From the IMG/VR virus record IMGVR_UViG_3300028581_000086: a DNA stretch of 42,453 nucleotides; one strand, given 5' to 3'. Numbering within the stretch: the first letter of the stretch is position 1; each line of letters opens with the position of its first letter. This document shows positions 1 through 7,131 of the stretch, piece after piece. Origin of the DNA: a virus. The translations under genes were made by a program, and so were the position numbers. The notes beneath the pieces were generated by a model. The model was not told where the DNA came from. It made no database searches and saw nothing but the letters and a program-made list of their open reading frames with translations.

Positions 1-89
1 CGGAAGGTATGAAAAACCTTGACCTAAACGTGTAGGCATTTATTGTCAAAGTGGGCAAGACGCGAGTTCGAGTCTCGCCATCTCCACCA
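1..89 (+). ncRNA. ssrA: 3' portion of transfer-messenger RNA (tmRNA), 5' part outside window
   Basis: Sequence 'cctaaacgtgtag...gggcaagacGCGAGTTCGAGTCTCGCcatctccACCA': T-arm GCGAG/CTCGC with TTCGAGT loop, tRNA-like 3' acceptor strand with encoded CCA, preceded by the tmRNA-typical CTAAxCxTGTAG segment. Confidence 0.82.
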
Positions 90-98
90 ATTAAAAAA

Positions 99-124
99 GG
101 GTTCGAATTTCGAACCTTTTTTTT
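99..124 (+). terminator. Rho-independent terminator after tmRNA
   Basis: AGGTTCGAA/TTCGAACCT-type inverted repeat followed by a run of T. Confidence 0.7.
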
Positions 125-175
125 TTGAATTACGTAAAATATTAGTATTTTTGTATCACATAGACATCAACCGAT

Positions 176-724
176 ATGAACGAAAGATTAAAACGAATTA
201 TATTCAAAAAGTTAGACCAAGATTTGGGTCAGGCTGAAATCATTGTGGATGATAATAAATCCATTTGGTTCATCGATCGTGCGAATAAGTTTTGGTATTT
301 GGAACTAAGAAGTTCAGGGACTCTATGGTGGAGATATTCATTCTTCCGTGATTTTTTTCCATTGTTTGGTTTGGAACGGATAGAATATGAACCCGTTATA
401 GCGGAATGGGTGGAAGGGGTCCTCAAACGCGGGGTGTCTTCAACTGCGCCAGAATGTAATCCTCACTGCGATCTGGTGGAAGAGGTACTCAAACGCGGGG
501 TGTCCTCAACGGAAGGAAAGGTCGGTAGCCGAACGTATATGGTGGAAGAGGTACTCAAACGCGGGGTGTCCTCAACTTTCCATCATCTGCATCACCCGTG
601 GTTCCAGGTGGAAGAGGTACTCAAACGCGAGGTGTCTTCAACCCAAAGAAACCACATGAACAACGTCGATGAAAAGTACTTTGATGAAATAAAACAATAT
701 ATTAAAAAAGAATACTTAAAATAA
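176..724 (+). CDS. 182-aa hypothetical protein with four copies of VE(E/G)VLKR(G/E)VSST at a 22-aa period; contains the 36/30-bp repeat array
   Basis: Uninterrupted ORF; residues before (MNERLKRIIFKKLDQDLGQAEIIVDDNKSIWFIDRANKFWYLEL) and after (NNVDEKYFDEIKQYIKKEYLK) the repeats look coding; next ORF begins 6 nt after the stop. Confidence 0.6.
   Translation: MNERLKRIIFKKLDQDLGQAEIIVDDNKSIWFIDRANKFWYLELRSSGTLWWRYSFFRDFFPLFGLERIEYEPVIAEWVEGVLKRGVSSTAPECNPHCDLVEEVLKRGVSSTEGKVGSRTYMVEEVLKRGVSSTFHHLHHPWFQVEEVLKREVSSTQRNHMNNVDEKYFDEIKQYIKKEYLK
409..642 (+). CRISPR. CRISPR-like mini-array: 4 repeats of 36 bp and 3 spacers of 30 bp, no cas genes in window
   Basis: Repeats at 409-444, 475-510, 541-576, 607-642; consensus GGTGGAAGAGGTACTCAAACGCGGGGTGTCCTCAAC (copies 2 and 3 identical, copies 1 and 4 with 2-3 substitutions). 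Spacers TGCGCCAGAATGTAATCCTCACTGCGATCT, GGAAGGAAAGGTCGGTAGCCGAACGTATAT, TTTCCATCATCTGCATCACCCGTGGTTCCA. Geometry certain; CRISPR identity uncertain because the array is in frame within an ORF. Confidence 0.6.
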
Positions 725-729
725 TACAA

Positions 730-1335
730 ATGCGAGTTTTATTTTTGGATAATGATGGAGTAATTTGCCTCAGTAGTAATTGGGGCTCCCGCCACAAAAA
801 ACAAGATAAGTGGGGCGGGAAAAAATTGTCTATGGATATAACATCAATTCCTGTTGAATGTCGTTTTGATAATTTTGATAAAAAGGCGGTAAAAGTTCTA
901 AATCAAATATTAGAAACCACAGGTGCCGAAATTGTAGTAAGTTCCGATTGGAGATTACACGGTACCTTAGAAGAATTGGGGGAATACTACACATCTCAAG
1001 GTATCATCAAAAAACCAATCGGATTCACCGAAGTATTTCATTACACAAATTGGTTAGATGAAGGTCGTGTCCCATCTGATTTTGATTGGAATAGAACCGA
1101 TGGTAGAGAACAAGAAAGACATTTCGAAATTAAAGATTATCTAAAATCACATCCCGAAATTACACATTGGGTTGCCATTGATGACCTTCATATGGGTATT
1201 CATGTCGCAAACAGCTCTTATGGTCCATTTGATAGAGATTGGGGATTAGAACACTTCGTATGGACACCGAGAGATTGGGAAGGAATTAAACAAAGTGGTA
1301 TTAAACAAAAAATAATAAAACATTTATCATGCTAG
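730..1335 (+). CDS. HAD-family phosphatase, HAD domain of Swiss-army-knife RNA-repair type
   Basis: N-terminal VLFLDNDGVI catalytic motif, EIVVSSDWR, WVAIDD motifs. Confidence 0.8.
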   Translation: MRVLFLDNDGVICLSSNWGSRHKKQDKWGGKKLSMDITSIPVECRFDNFDKKAVKVLNQILETTGAEIVVSSDWRLHGTLEELGEYYTSQGIIKKPIGFTEVFHYTNWLDEGRVPSDFDWNRTDGREQERHFEIKDYLKSHPEITHWVAIDDLHMGIHVANSSYGPFDRDWGLEHFVWTPRDWEGIKQSGIKQKIIKHLSC

Positions 1336-1523
1336 TTAACATTAAAAAAATATTGGAAGAAGAAGGTGAAGTTCGTAAATTCGGTGGAGTCGCTCCCGAA
1401 GGTTTTATTTTGGTTCATGAAAAAACTCTTGCATCTTTGAAAGATTTTGAGACATGGAAAATGTGGAAACATAATCAAATTACCATAAAAGAATTAAATA
1501 AAACTAACTTTGATAATAGTTAA
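1329..1523 (+). CDS. hypothetical protein
   Basis: ORF overlapping upstream stop by a few nt, co-directional. Confidence 0.55.
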   Translation: MLVNIKKILEEEGEVRKFGGVAPEGFILVHEKTLASLKDFETWKMWKHNQITIKELNKTNFDNS

Positions 1524-1529
1524 TAATAT

Positions 1530-1883
1530 ATGACAGTTTCACACAAAAGACACTTAGCAAAAACAATATCATATCGCATTTTGAGTACAGGTATAGGATT
1601 TGTCACCATGTGGTTAGTCACCGATTCTATTGAAATAGGTGCCGCCTTCAGTATCATTGAATTAGTGTGGAAACCGATTCAATACTATATTCATGAACGT
1701 GTTTGGTACAAACACATTAAATTTGGATTAGTGGATACTAAAAAATCTGTAAATCCTCCTGTACGAATTATCGAGTCAGTTTCGACAGGAACAGGTGAAG
1801 TTTCACAACCTCCTGTTTTTACTAAAGAAACTGTAACAACTACGGGACCAAAAAGATTAGTTTATACAAAAAAGACCGGATAA
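1530..1883 (+). CDS. DUF2061 family membrane protein
   Basis: KRHLAKTISYRILSTGIGFVTMWLVTDSIEIGAAFSIIELVWKPIQYYIHERVWYK resembles DUF2061. Confidence 0.8.
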   Translation: MTVSHKRHLAKTISYRILSTGIGFVTMWLVTDSIEIGAAFSIIELVWKPIQYYIHERVWYKHIKFGLVDTKKSVNPPVRIIESVSTGTGEVSQPPVFTKETVTTTGPKRLVYTKKTG

Positions 1884-1900
1884 CTCGGTCTTTTTTTTTG
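1870..1900 (+). terminator. Rho-independent terminator
   Basis: AAAGACCG-gataact-CGGTCTTT followed by T-run. Confidence 0.75.
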
Positions 1901-1918
1901 TCCTGATATTTATTTAGT

Positions 1919-2608
1919 ATGAGTATCGAAAAAAATATTTTAAGTATTTTTGAAGAAATTAAAAATTCGGAAAAACTTATATCGGAATCTATTATTTTGA
2001 GTGAGTCATCCAAATTCTCTCCTCCTTTGAGTAAACTTATAGTGGCATCTCCTTTTAACCCAAGATGGGGAAGCCATCACAACGGAGTTGACTTAAATGC
2101 AGTGGATGAACCAGTGAAGTCTTTAGCGGATGGAGTTGTAATTACAACTCATAAAGACAAATATCCCTGTGGTGGTACCATTGTAATAAAACACTCAGAT
2201 GGATATACTACAGGTTTTTGTCATATGCAGAAAATAAACGTACAAGTAGGACAAGAAGTAAAAAAAGGGGATATCATAGGAATTACTGGTGGAGGAAAAG
2301 GTGATCCGGGCAAAGGTAGAAGTACCGGCAAACATTTACACTTGGTGATAAAAAAAGACGGGAAAGCTTTAGATCCCATGAATTATATAAATAAAGAGGG
2401 TATTTTATCTGGTGAAGAGATACCATCATCATTTTTCAATAGTGATATAGAAACACAGGATTCAGTTGATAATACTAATCTTACTCCCGTACTATCTAAT
2501 GATGTTGTACTAACAACACCCGATGGTAAAGAAGAGTTTGAGTATGGTGGTTGGAAAAAAGACCCGAAATTATCGGAAAATATAAAAAGAATAAAAAATT
2601 TATTATAA
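1919..2608 (+). CDS. M23-family peptidase (phage lysin/tail-associated)
   Basis: RWGSHHNGVDL ... GHMQ-like 'GFCHMQKINVQVGQEVKKGDIIGITGG' ... GKHLHLVIKKDGKALDP: M23 zinc-site motifs. Confidence 0.85.
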   Translation: MSIEKNILSIFEEIKNSEKLISESIILSESSKFSPPLSKLIVASPFNPRWGSHHNGVDLNAVDEPVKSLADGVVITTHKDKYPCGGTIVIKHSDGYTTGFCHMQKINVQVGQEVKKGDIIGITGGGKGDPGKGRSTGKHLHLVIKKDGKALDPMNYINKEGILSGEEIPSSFFNSDIETQDSVDNTNLTPVLSNDVVLTTPDGKEEFEYGGWKKDPKLSENIKRIKNLL

Positions 2609-2642
2609 AAAAACCCACCATAAGGTGGGTTCTTTTTTTTTT
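2606..2642 (+). terminator. Terminator between convergent genes
   Basis: AACCCACC-ataa-GGTGGGTT with T-run. Confidence 0.75.
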
Positions 2643-2655
2643 GGTTAAGTTGAGA

Positions 2656-2856
2656 TTACTTTACTGCCTCACCTTGAGCGGCTTCAACTTCTACAACTTC
2701 TGCTCCACCACCAACTTCAACTGCTACTGTGTCAACAACAACTGATGTTGAATCTACTGCTGTGGAATCAGTTGCAACTGTTTCAACTGATTTACCTCCA
2801 CAAGATGCAAGAATCATGGTAGAAAGGATTGTGAATACTACTAAAATTTTTTTCAT
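2656..2856 (-). CDS. small lipoprotein
   Basis: MKKILVVFTILSTMILASCGGKSV: signal peptide plus lipobox cysteine. Confidence 0.7.
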   Translation of the reverse strand: MKKILVVFTILSTMILASCGGKSVETVATDSTAVDSTSVVVDTVAVEVGGGAEVVEVEAAQGEAVK

Positions 2857-2954
2857 TTTTTTTGTTTTTTGTTTTTTATTTAATTTACGAACTATAAATA
2901 TATGAAATTTCTACGGAGTAGTCAAATTTTTTAGTTTTTTTTCAAAAAATTTTT

Positions 2955-3290
2955 TTAACTTAAAAATTGTAAAAAGTAATATGACAGTTTATATCCAGCG
3001 AATGCACCAAGAGTAGAGGGTATTGGAAATACAATTAATTTACCCAAATCTGTTACATATTTAGGTCTATTAACAATTTTACCCATAAAGAAATAATAAG
3101 TCAAATAACCTATTAGAACCGCCAAATCAGTTTTAGTTGCGATGAAAACAACTAAGGTAGCTGCAATGAATCCAAAGATAAAATTGTCTCGGACACCCTC
3201 CCAAATTTCGTATTTTGTCGCTTCATTATATTCCTTTACAATCTTATCAAGTTTTACCTTGTTTTTATTTTTTTTAATTTCAGTTTCCAT
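2955..3290 (-). CDS. membrane protein, hypothetical
   Basis: ORF with two to three hydrophobic helices. Confidence 0.6.
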   Translation of the reverse strand: METEIKKNKNKVKLDKIVKEYNEATKYEIWEGVRDNFIFGFIAATLVVFIATKTDLAVLIGYLTYYFFMGKIVNRPKYVTDLGKLIVFPIPSTLGAFAGYKLSYYFLQFLS

Positions 3291-3292
3291 GT

Positions 3293-3365
3293 TGGTATTG
3301 CGGGATTCGAACCTGCGATCTCTTGAATATCAGTCAAGTGCTTTCACCATCTAAGCTAAATACCA
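3293..3365 (-). tRNA. tRNA-Ile(GAU)
   Basis: Acceptor TGGTATT/AATACCA, anticodon arm CTTGA CTGATAT TCAAG, T-loop TTCGAAT. Confidence 0.88.
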
Positions 3366-3367
3366 AT

Positions 3368-3910
3368 TTATATTTCTTCATGTATCTCTCTATGACAATT
3401 TGCGCATACTAAAATACATTTATCAATTTCTACTTTTATTTTATCCCAAGCCATGTTCATATTTTGAGATAGAGTAAAATCTTTTTTTTCCGGGTCTAAA
3501 TGATGAAATTCTAATGCTGATGTACATTTATCATATCCACATTTTTCACATTTTCCTCCCTTATGATCTACAGCCCTTTCTTTGTTTCTTTTCCTGAAAT
3601 TTTTGACATGGTCATAATTATATTCTTTCCTTTCAGTTTCAGTTAATTTTCTATTTTTGTTTTCTACTATTTTTTTTATGGTACTTATTCCAATATTGAA
3701 CTTTTTTGCAGTTTCTTTAGTAGTATGTGATTTATAAAACTCGTTTATTTCGTCCACATTTTTATTTTTTAATCCTTTTCCATCTATTCTACCATCAACT
3801 CCAATTCTTTTACAATGATAGCTTATAGTCGCTTTACTTAAACCAGTAATTTCTTTTATTTGGTTATAAGTTTTACCTTCATCCCTTAATCTAAGAATTT
3901 CATTTTTCAT
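3368..3910 (-). CDS. HNH endonuclease (probable homing endonuclease) with N-terminal helix-turn-helix motifs
   Basis: CEKCGYDKCTSALEFHHLDPEKKDF ... CILVCANCHREIHEE HNH/zinc motif. Confidence 0.85.
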   Translation of the reverse strand: MKNEILRLRDEGKTYNQIKEITGLSKATISYHCKRIGVDGRIDGKGLKNKNVDEINEFYKSHTTKETAKKFNIGISTIKKIVENKNRKLTETERKEYNYDHVKNFRKRNKERAVDHKGGKCEKCGYDKCTSALEFHHLDPEKKDFTLSQNMNMAWDKIKVEIDKCILVCANCHREIHEEI

Positions 3911-3990
3911 ATTTTTATACTTTTTTGTATCTTTATTTGATACATATAAATATAGTAGTTTAGTAAAAAAAAACTATAGTTTTTGTGTTG

Positions 3991-4065
3991 TAAGAGGTGG
4001 ATTCGAACCTGCGTACTCTTCTTCCCAAACGAAGCGAGATAGACCGGACTCCTCTACTACCCTAT
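3991..4065 (-). tRNA. degenerate tRNA-Pro(UGG)-like gene
   Basis: Anticodon loop TTTGGGA within CTTCG/AGAAG, T-loop TTCGAAT, but T-stem (GCAGG/CCACC) and acceptor do not pair well; boundaries approximate. Confidence 0.4.
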
Positions 4066-4070
4066 GTTGT

Positions 4071-4142
4071 GATTCCGATGGGACTCGAACCCATGACTTC
4101 TTCATTAAAAGTGAAGAGATCTACCAACTGAGCTACGAAATC
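4071..4142 (-). tRNA. tRNA-Lys(UUU)
   Basis: Acceptor GATTTCG/CGGAATC, anticodon arm CTTCA CTTTTAA TGAAG, T-arm ATGGG/CCCAT. Confidence 0.9.
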
Positions 4143-4153
4143 AAATAAAAAGA

Positions 4154-4226
4154 GCGGGTAGTGAGATTCGAACTCACAACTTCCGACTTGGAAGGACGGC
4201 ACTCTAGCCAATTGAGCTATACCCGC
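4154..4226 (-). tRNA. tRNA-Gly(UCC)
   Basis: Acceptor GCGGGTA/TACCCGC, loop CTTCCAA, T-arm GTGAG/CTCAC. Confidence 0.9.
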
Positions 4227-4236
4227 TTTTTTCTGT

Positions 4237-4308
4237 ACCCAAAGTAGGATTCGAACCTACAAAAACTTGTTCCTAAAACAAGCGCGTATACCATTCCGCC
4301 ATTTGGGC
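4237..4308 (-). tRNA. tRNA-Leu(UAG) with short variable region
   Basis: Acceptor GCCCAAA/TTTGGGT, Leu-type D-arm GGCGGAATGGTATACGC, anticodon arm CTTGT TTTAGGA ACAAG, T-arm GTAGG/CCTAC; only about 5 nt between anticodon stem and T-stem. Confidence 0.8.
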
Positions 4309-4316
4309 ATTATTGC

Positions 4317-4400
4317 AGAGAGTATTGGATTCGAACCAATGCATCCCTTTCGAGATGACAGATTAGCAATCTGCTCCTTTAACCACTCAGGCAACTCTCT
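4317..4400 (-). tRNA. tRNA-Ser(GCU)
   Basis: Acceptor AGAGAGT/ACTCTCT, loop TTGCTAA, class II variable arm, T-arm ATTGG/CCAAT. Confidence 0.9.
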
Positions 4401-4463
4401 GTTAATTTATTCATGTTCCAAAACTCACTTTTTTTTGATGTTTTGGAACATCAATAACTCAGA

Positions 4464-4533
4464 TGTCTTATCAGGATTCGAACCTGAAATAACTGAACCA
4501 AAATCAGTTGTGTTACCGTTACACCATAAGACA
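4464..4533 (-). tRNA. tRNA-Gln(UUG)
   Basis: Acceptor TGTCTTA/TAAGACA, anticodon arm ACTGA TTTTGGT TCAGT, T-arm TCAGG/CCTGA. Confidence 0.9.
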
Positions 4534-4539
4534 AAATGT

Positions 4540-4620
4540 GGGACCGATAGGACTCGAACCTATGAACTCCGAAGAGAGGAGATTTACAGTCTCCGGCAAT
4601 TGCCGCTATGCGACGATCCC
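4540..4620 (-). tRNA. tRNA-Tyr(GUA)
   Basis: Acceptor GGGATCG/CGGTCCC, anticodon arm GGAGA CTGTAAA TCTCC, class II variable arm, T-arm ATAGG/CCTAT. Confidence 0.9.
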
Positions 4621-4762
4621 AAGGTTAGGAAAGGAGAAGATGGTTCAGTGGACATCTCCTTTTACGATTGGCGTTACTATGATGATTTCAAACTCCAAAT
4701 GTACCACCTCTATCATCAGGTTAACATACATTCATTCCCCAATCAACCTTTATATCTTTTGC

Positions 4763-4832
4763 ACACCTACCAAGACTCGAACTTGGAACAACGGGTTTGG
4801 AATCCGGTATGATGCCATTTCACCATAGATGC
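4763..4832 (-). tRNA. tRNA-Trp(CCA)
   Basis: Acceptor GCATCTA/TAGGTGT (wobbles), loop TTCCAAA with weak anticodon stem, T-arm CCAAG/CTTGG. Confidence 0.75.
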
Positions 4833-5249
4833 TTATTTCTTTAACAACCAAGACGAAGATTGGATTTTATCTCCGAGTCCATCAATTAACTTAATCCCCC
4901 ACCAATCACATACCTGTCTCTCAGGGATTGAATTGTTGTTTTGGTCTCCACCATTGGCAAACATAAGTTCGTCTGTTGGATCCTCTCCAGAATGAATCAT
5001 ACCGAGTGTCTGACACACAGTTCTATCTGTATCAATAGATAGAATTGCTTTGTCAACCATTTTCAGGTTTTCGATAATGAACATTCTTTCATCTTCGTCT
5101 TGGAACTCTTTACTACCTTTCAACTCTCTTTGTTTGTCGTTATTGACAATCACATAGAGTTTATCACCATGTTCTTTGGCTTTATTGAAATATTCAATAT
5201 GCCCTTTATGAACAGGATTAAAATATCCGCTTACAATTACAATTTTCAT
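4833..5249 (-). CDS. nucleotidyltransferase / cytidylyltransferase-like protein
   Basis: MKIVIVSGYFNPVHKGHIEYFNKAKEHGDKLYVIVNND: HxGH-type motif of CTP-transferase family. Confidence 0.85.
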   Translation of the reverse strand: MKIVIVSGYFNPVHKGHIEYFNKAKEHGDKLYVIVNNDKQRELKGSKEFQDEDERMFIIENLKMVDKAILSIDTDRTVCQTLGMIHSGEDPTDELMFANGGDQNNNSIPERQVCDWWGIKLIDGLGDKIQSSSWLLKK

Positions 5250-5261
5250 TTCTCTTTGGTG

Positions 5262-5876
5262 TTAAACAAATCTGTATCCTTTATTGTCACATTTTGGACA
5301 ATGGACATTTTTTTGTGCGGGATCGGATGTTAGAATTATATTTGGATAAGTATCCATCATTTCTTCACCGCACTTTGGACAAGGAACTCCATTTAGTTGT
5401 GGTTTAATTCCACGGTATGTATATGTACCGGTCGTAGTTATGTCTGATATACCCATGTTCGATCCGGTAGTAATATTTACCGAATTAGGATTATCAATCA
5501 TATTACTACCGATAGAACACCCACAAATTCCGCTACCACCCTTAGCTGGATTACAACTACAAATTGTATGGTAAGGAATTTTTTCAGTTCCGTTAGGTTG
5601 GCAGTTTATTGGTTCCCCAAATATTGGATAAGGATAAGTAGGGTTATTTTCAACCTTTTCATACGTCTGATTGAATATATCTTCTTTACACGGATAGTGC
5701 ATTCTTTCCTTATCAAATGGTTCTTTAATTACATAATCTCCGATATTTACATTCATATCTCCCTCACTTGTTTTAATAACCAGTCCACGGTCATTATGAC
5801 GGTCAATGTAAAAGTGTTTATCACTTATTTCCATTGTTTCATTGTTGAATGTATCCTGTGTTAGGAAGTCAAACAT
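5262..5876 (-). CDS. hypothetical protein with C-terminal zinc-ribbon-like CPKC...CPKC
   Basis: ORF; cysteine pairs CPKCGEEMMD...VHCPKCDNKGYRF. Confidence 0.65.
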   Translation of the reverse strand: MFDFLTQDTFNNETMEISDKHFYIDRHNDRGLVIKTSEGDMNVNIGDYVIKEPFDKERMHYPCKEDIFNQTYEKVENNPTYPYPIFGEPINCQPNGTEKIPYHTICSCNPAKGGSGICGCSIGSNMIDNPNSVNITTGSNMGISDITTTGTYTYRGIKPQLNGVPCPKCGEEMMDTYPNIILTSDPAQKNVHCPKCDNKGYRFV

Positions 5877-5953
5877 CTCTCTATGATTATTTCCTGTCCA
5901 TTGAACTGCGTCAATAACTACAGGTTTCTTTTATATTTCATATCTCTTTGGTG

Positions 5954-6223
5954 TTAAAGGTTTATTTTTTGAACTTTTTTACGCTCTTCGATTCCATAAT
6001 TAGCCAATTTAGAACCATATACGTAGATGAATCTATAAAAGTCCTGCATAAGTTCATTAAACACTGGAGAAAAGATGACATCTCCTGCTATCGTATCTAC
6101 GATAATAACAGCGTCATATTTGTTGGTTGGATTAACAACAACCTTAGTATTTAATCCTGTTGCTATCTGAATTTCTTCGGCAACTGTTTCTACGTAGTCA
6201 AATCGTTTACTTACTTTTTTCAT
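5954..6223 (-). CDS. hypothetical protein
   Basis: ORF preceded by shared leader TAACACCAAAGAGAAATG. Confidence 0.65.
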   Translation of the reverse strand: MKKVSKRFDYVETVAEEIQIATGLNTKVVVNPTNKYDAVIIVDTIAGDVIFSPVFNELMQDFYRFIYVYGSKLANYGIEERKKVQKINL

Positions 6224-6486
6224 TTCTCTTTGGTGTTAGTAATTTTATCACGCATCCATTTAGCACCAAGCCTAAAATTTGCACTTTTATCAGTAAGATA
6301 TAATAACCTTATATTAGATACTTCTTCTATCTCCTCATCACTTGGCAGTTCGATTGGGGTTATTAAATTGATTTTTTTAGCAACATATTGTTCTATAAAA
6401 CCCATCGATGCTGGTGTAATGCTTTTAGCGTAATTAATACCCTCAAAAAACGCTTCCTTTAATTGTTCTTCTGTATATAGTTTCAT
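6220..6486 (-). CDS. hypothetical protein
   Basis: ORF preceded by shared leader; overlaps next gene by 4 nt. Confidence 0.65.
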   Translation of the reverse strand: MKLYTEEQLKEAFFEGINYAKSITPASMGFIEQYVAKKINLITPIELPSDEEIEEVSNIRLLYLTDKSANFRLGAKWMRDKITNTKEK

Positions 6487-6505
6487 TTCTCTTTGGTGTT
6501 AAAGG

Positions 6506-6622
6506 TTAAAATTTAATCCAATACGTTTTATTTAACCATCCAAATGATACCTCTTTTGTTCCGTCTGCGTACTTGTTAAAAGCAAGCATTGGTAGTATTA
6601 ACCAACTTTTATCTTTCTTCAT
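6506..6622 (-). CDS. hypothetical 38-aa protein (MKKDKSWLILPMLAFNKYADGTKEVSFGWLNKTYWIKF)
   Basis: Translated by eye; preceded by variant of shared leader (TAATACCAAAGAGAAATG). Confidence 0.5.
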   Translation of the reverse strand: MKKDKSWLILPMLAFNKYADGTKEVSFGWLNKTYWIKF

Positions 6623-6634
6623 TTCTCTTTGGTA

Positions 6635-6946
6635 TTAAAGGTTACTAATGATTTCTCTCATCTTAATCAAGAAATCTACATTCTCATTCTCTCCATACAC
6701 CTCCACTATTCTATCGTGAATCCATTGTAAGTGAGCTTTGTCTGCCTGTTTCTTTTTGGTGTTTAACGTTTCGTTATTACACAATCTATCTACATAAAAA
6801 CTGACTGATTCACAATTATTTTGAGTAGAGCCTTCATCACCACCATATGTTATACTAAATTCCTCTTTTGTGTGATGTGCTACGACTGATACTTCGGCAT
6901 CAAGATTGTAATCTAATAGTTTCTGAATCAATTGTTTTACTTTCAT
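6635..6946 (-). CDS. hypothetical phage protein
   Basis: MKVKQLIQKLLDYNLDAEVSVVAH start resembles a common small phage protein type. Confidence 0.6.
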   Translation of the reverse strand: MKVKQLIQKLLDYNLDAEVSVVAHHTKEEFSITYGGDEGSTQNNCESVSFYVDRLCNNETLNTKKKQADKAHLQWIHDRIVEVYGENENVDFLIKMREIISNL

Positions 6947-7131
6947 TTCGTTTCGTAGGTTAAGGTTTCTAATTCTAATTCACTTTCATAGAAATAGGGA
7001 CAAGCCCAAACAGGTTTATCACATTTAAGTTTTACCATCGATCCTCCGTAAGACCCAATCGCTACGACTGTTGCCCATCCTGAATATCTCGTCTTAACTC
7101 TATCTCCAACTTTTAATTCACTAAATGTCAT
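6943..7131 (-). CDS. hypothetical protein
   Basis: ORF co-directional, ATG overlap with neighbour. Confidence 0.6.
   Translation of the reverse strand: MTFSELKVGDRVKTRYSGWATVVAIGSYGGSMVKLKCDKPVWACPYFYESELELETLTYETK

Noticed and set aside
43-237. 64-aa plus-strand ORF at window start
   Set aside because: Overlaps the tmRNA 3' end and its terminator; composition does not look coding.
409-642. Confident assignment of the array to type VI-B CRISPR
   Set aside because: Similarity to Cas13b-type repeats is only in length, spacer size, CAAC end and general hairpin, recalled from memory; no Cas13-sized ORF or HEPN motif pair is present in the window.
4267-4828. Plus-strand ORFs of 181 and 106 aa
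   Set aside because: They read antisense through several tRNA genes (peptides such as SGFEPEITEPKSVVLPLHHKT are the familiar false translation of antisense tRNAs).
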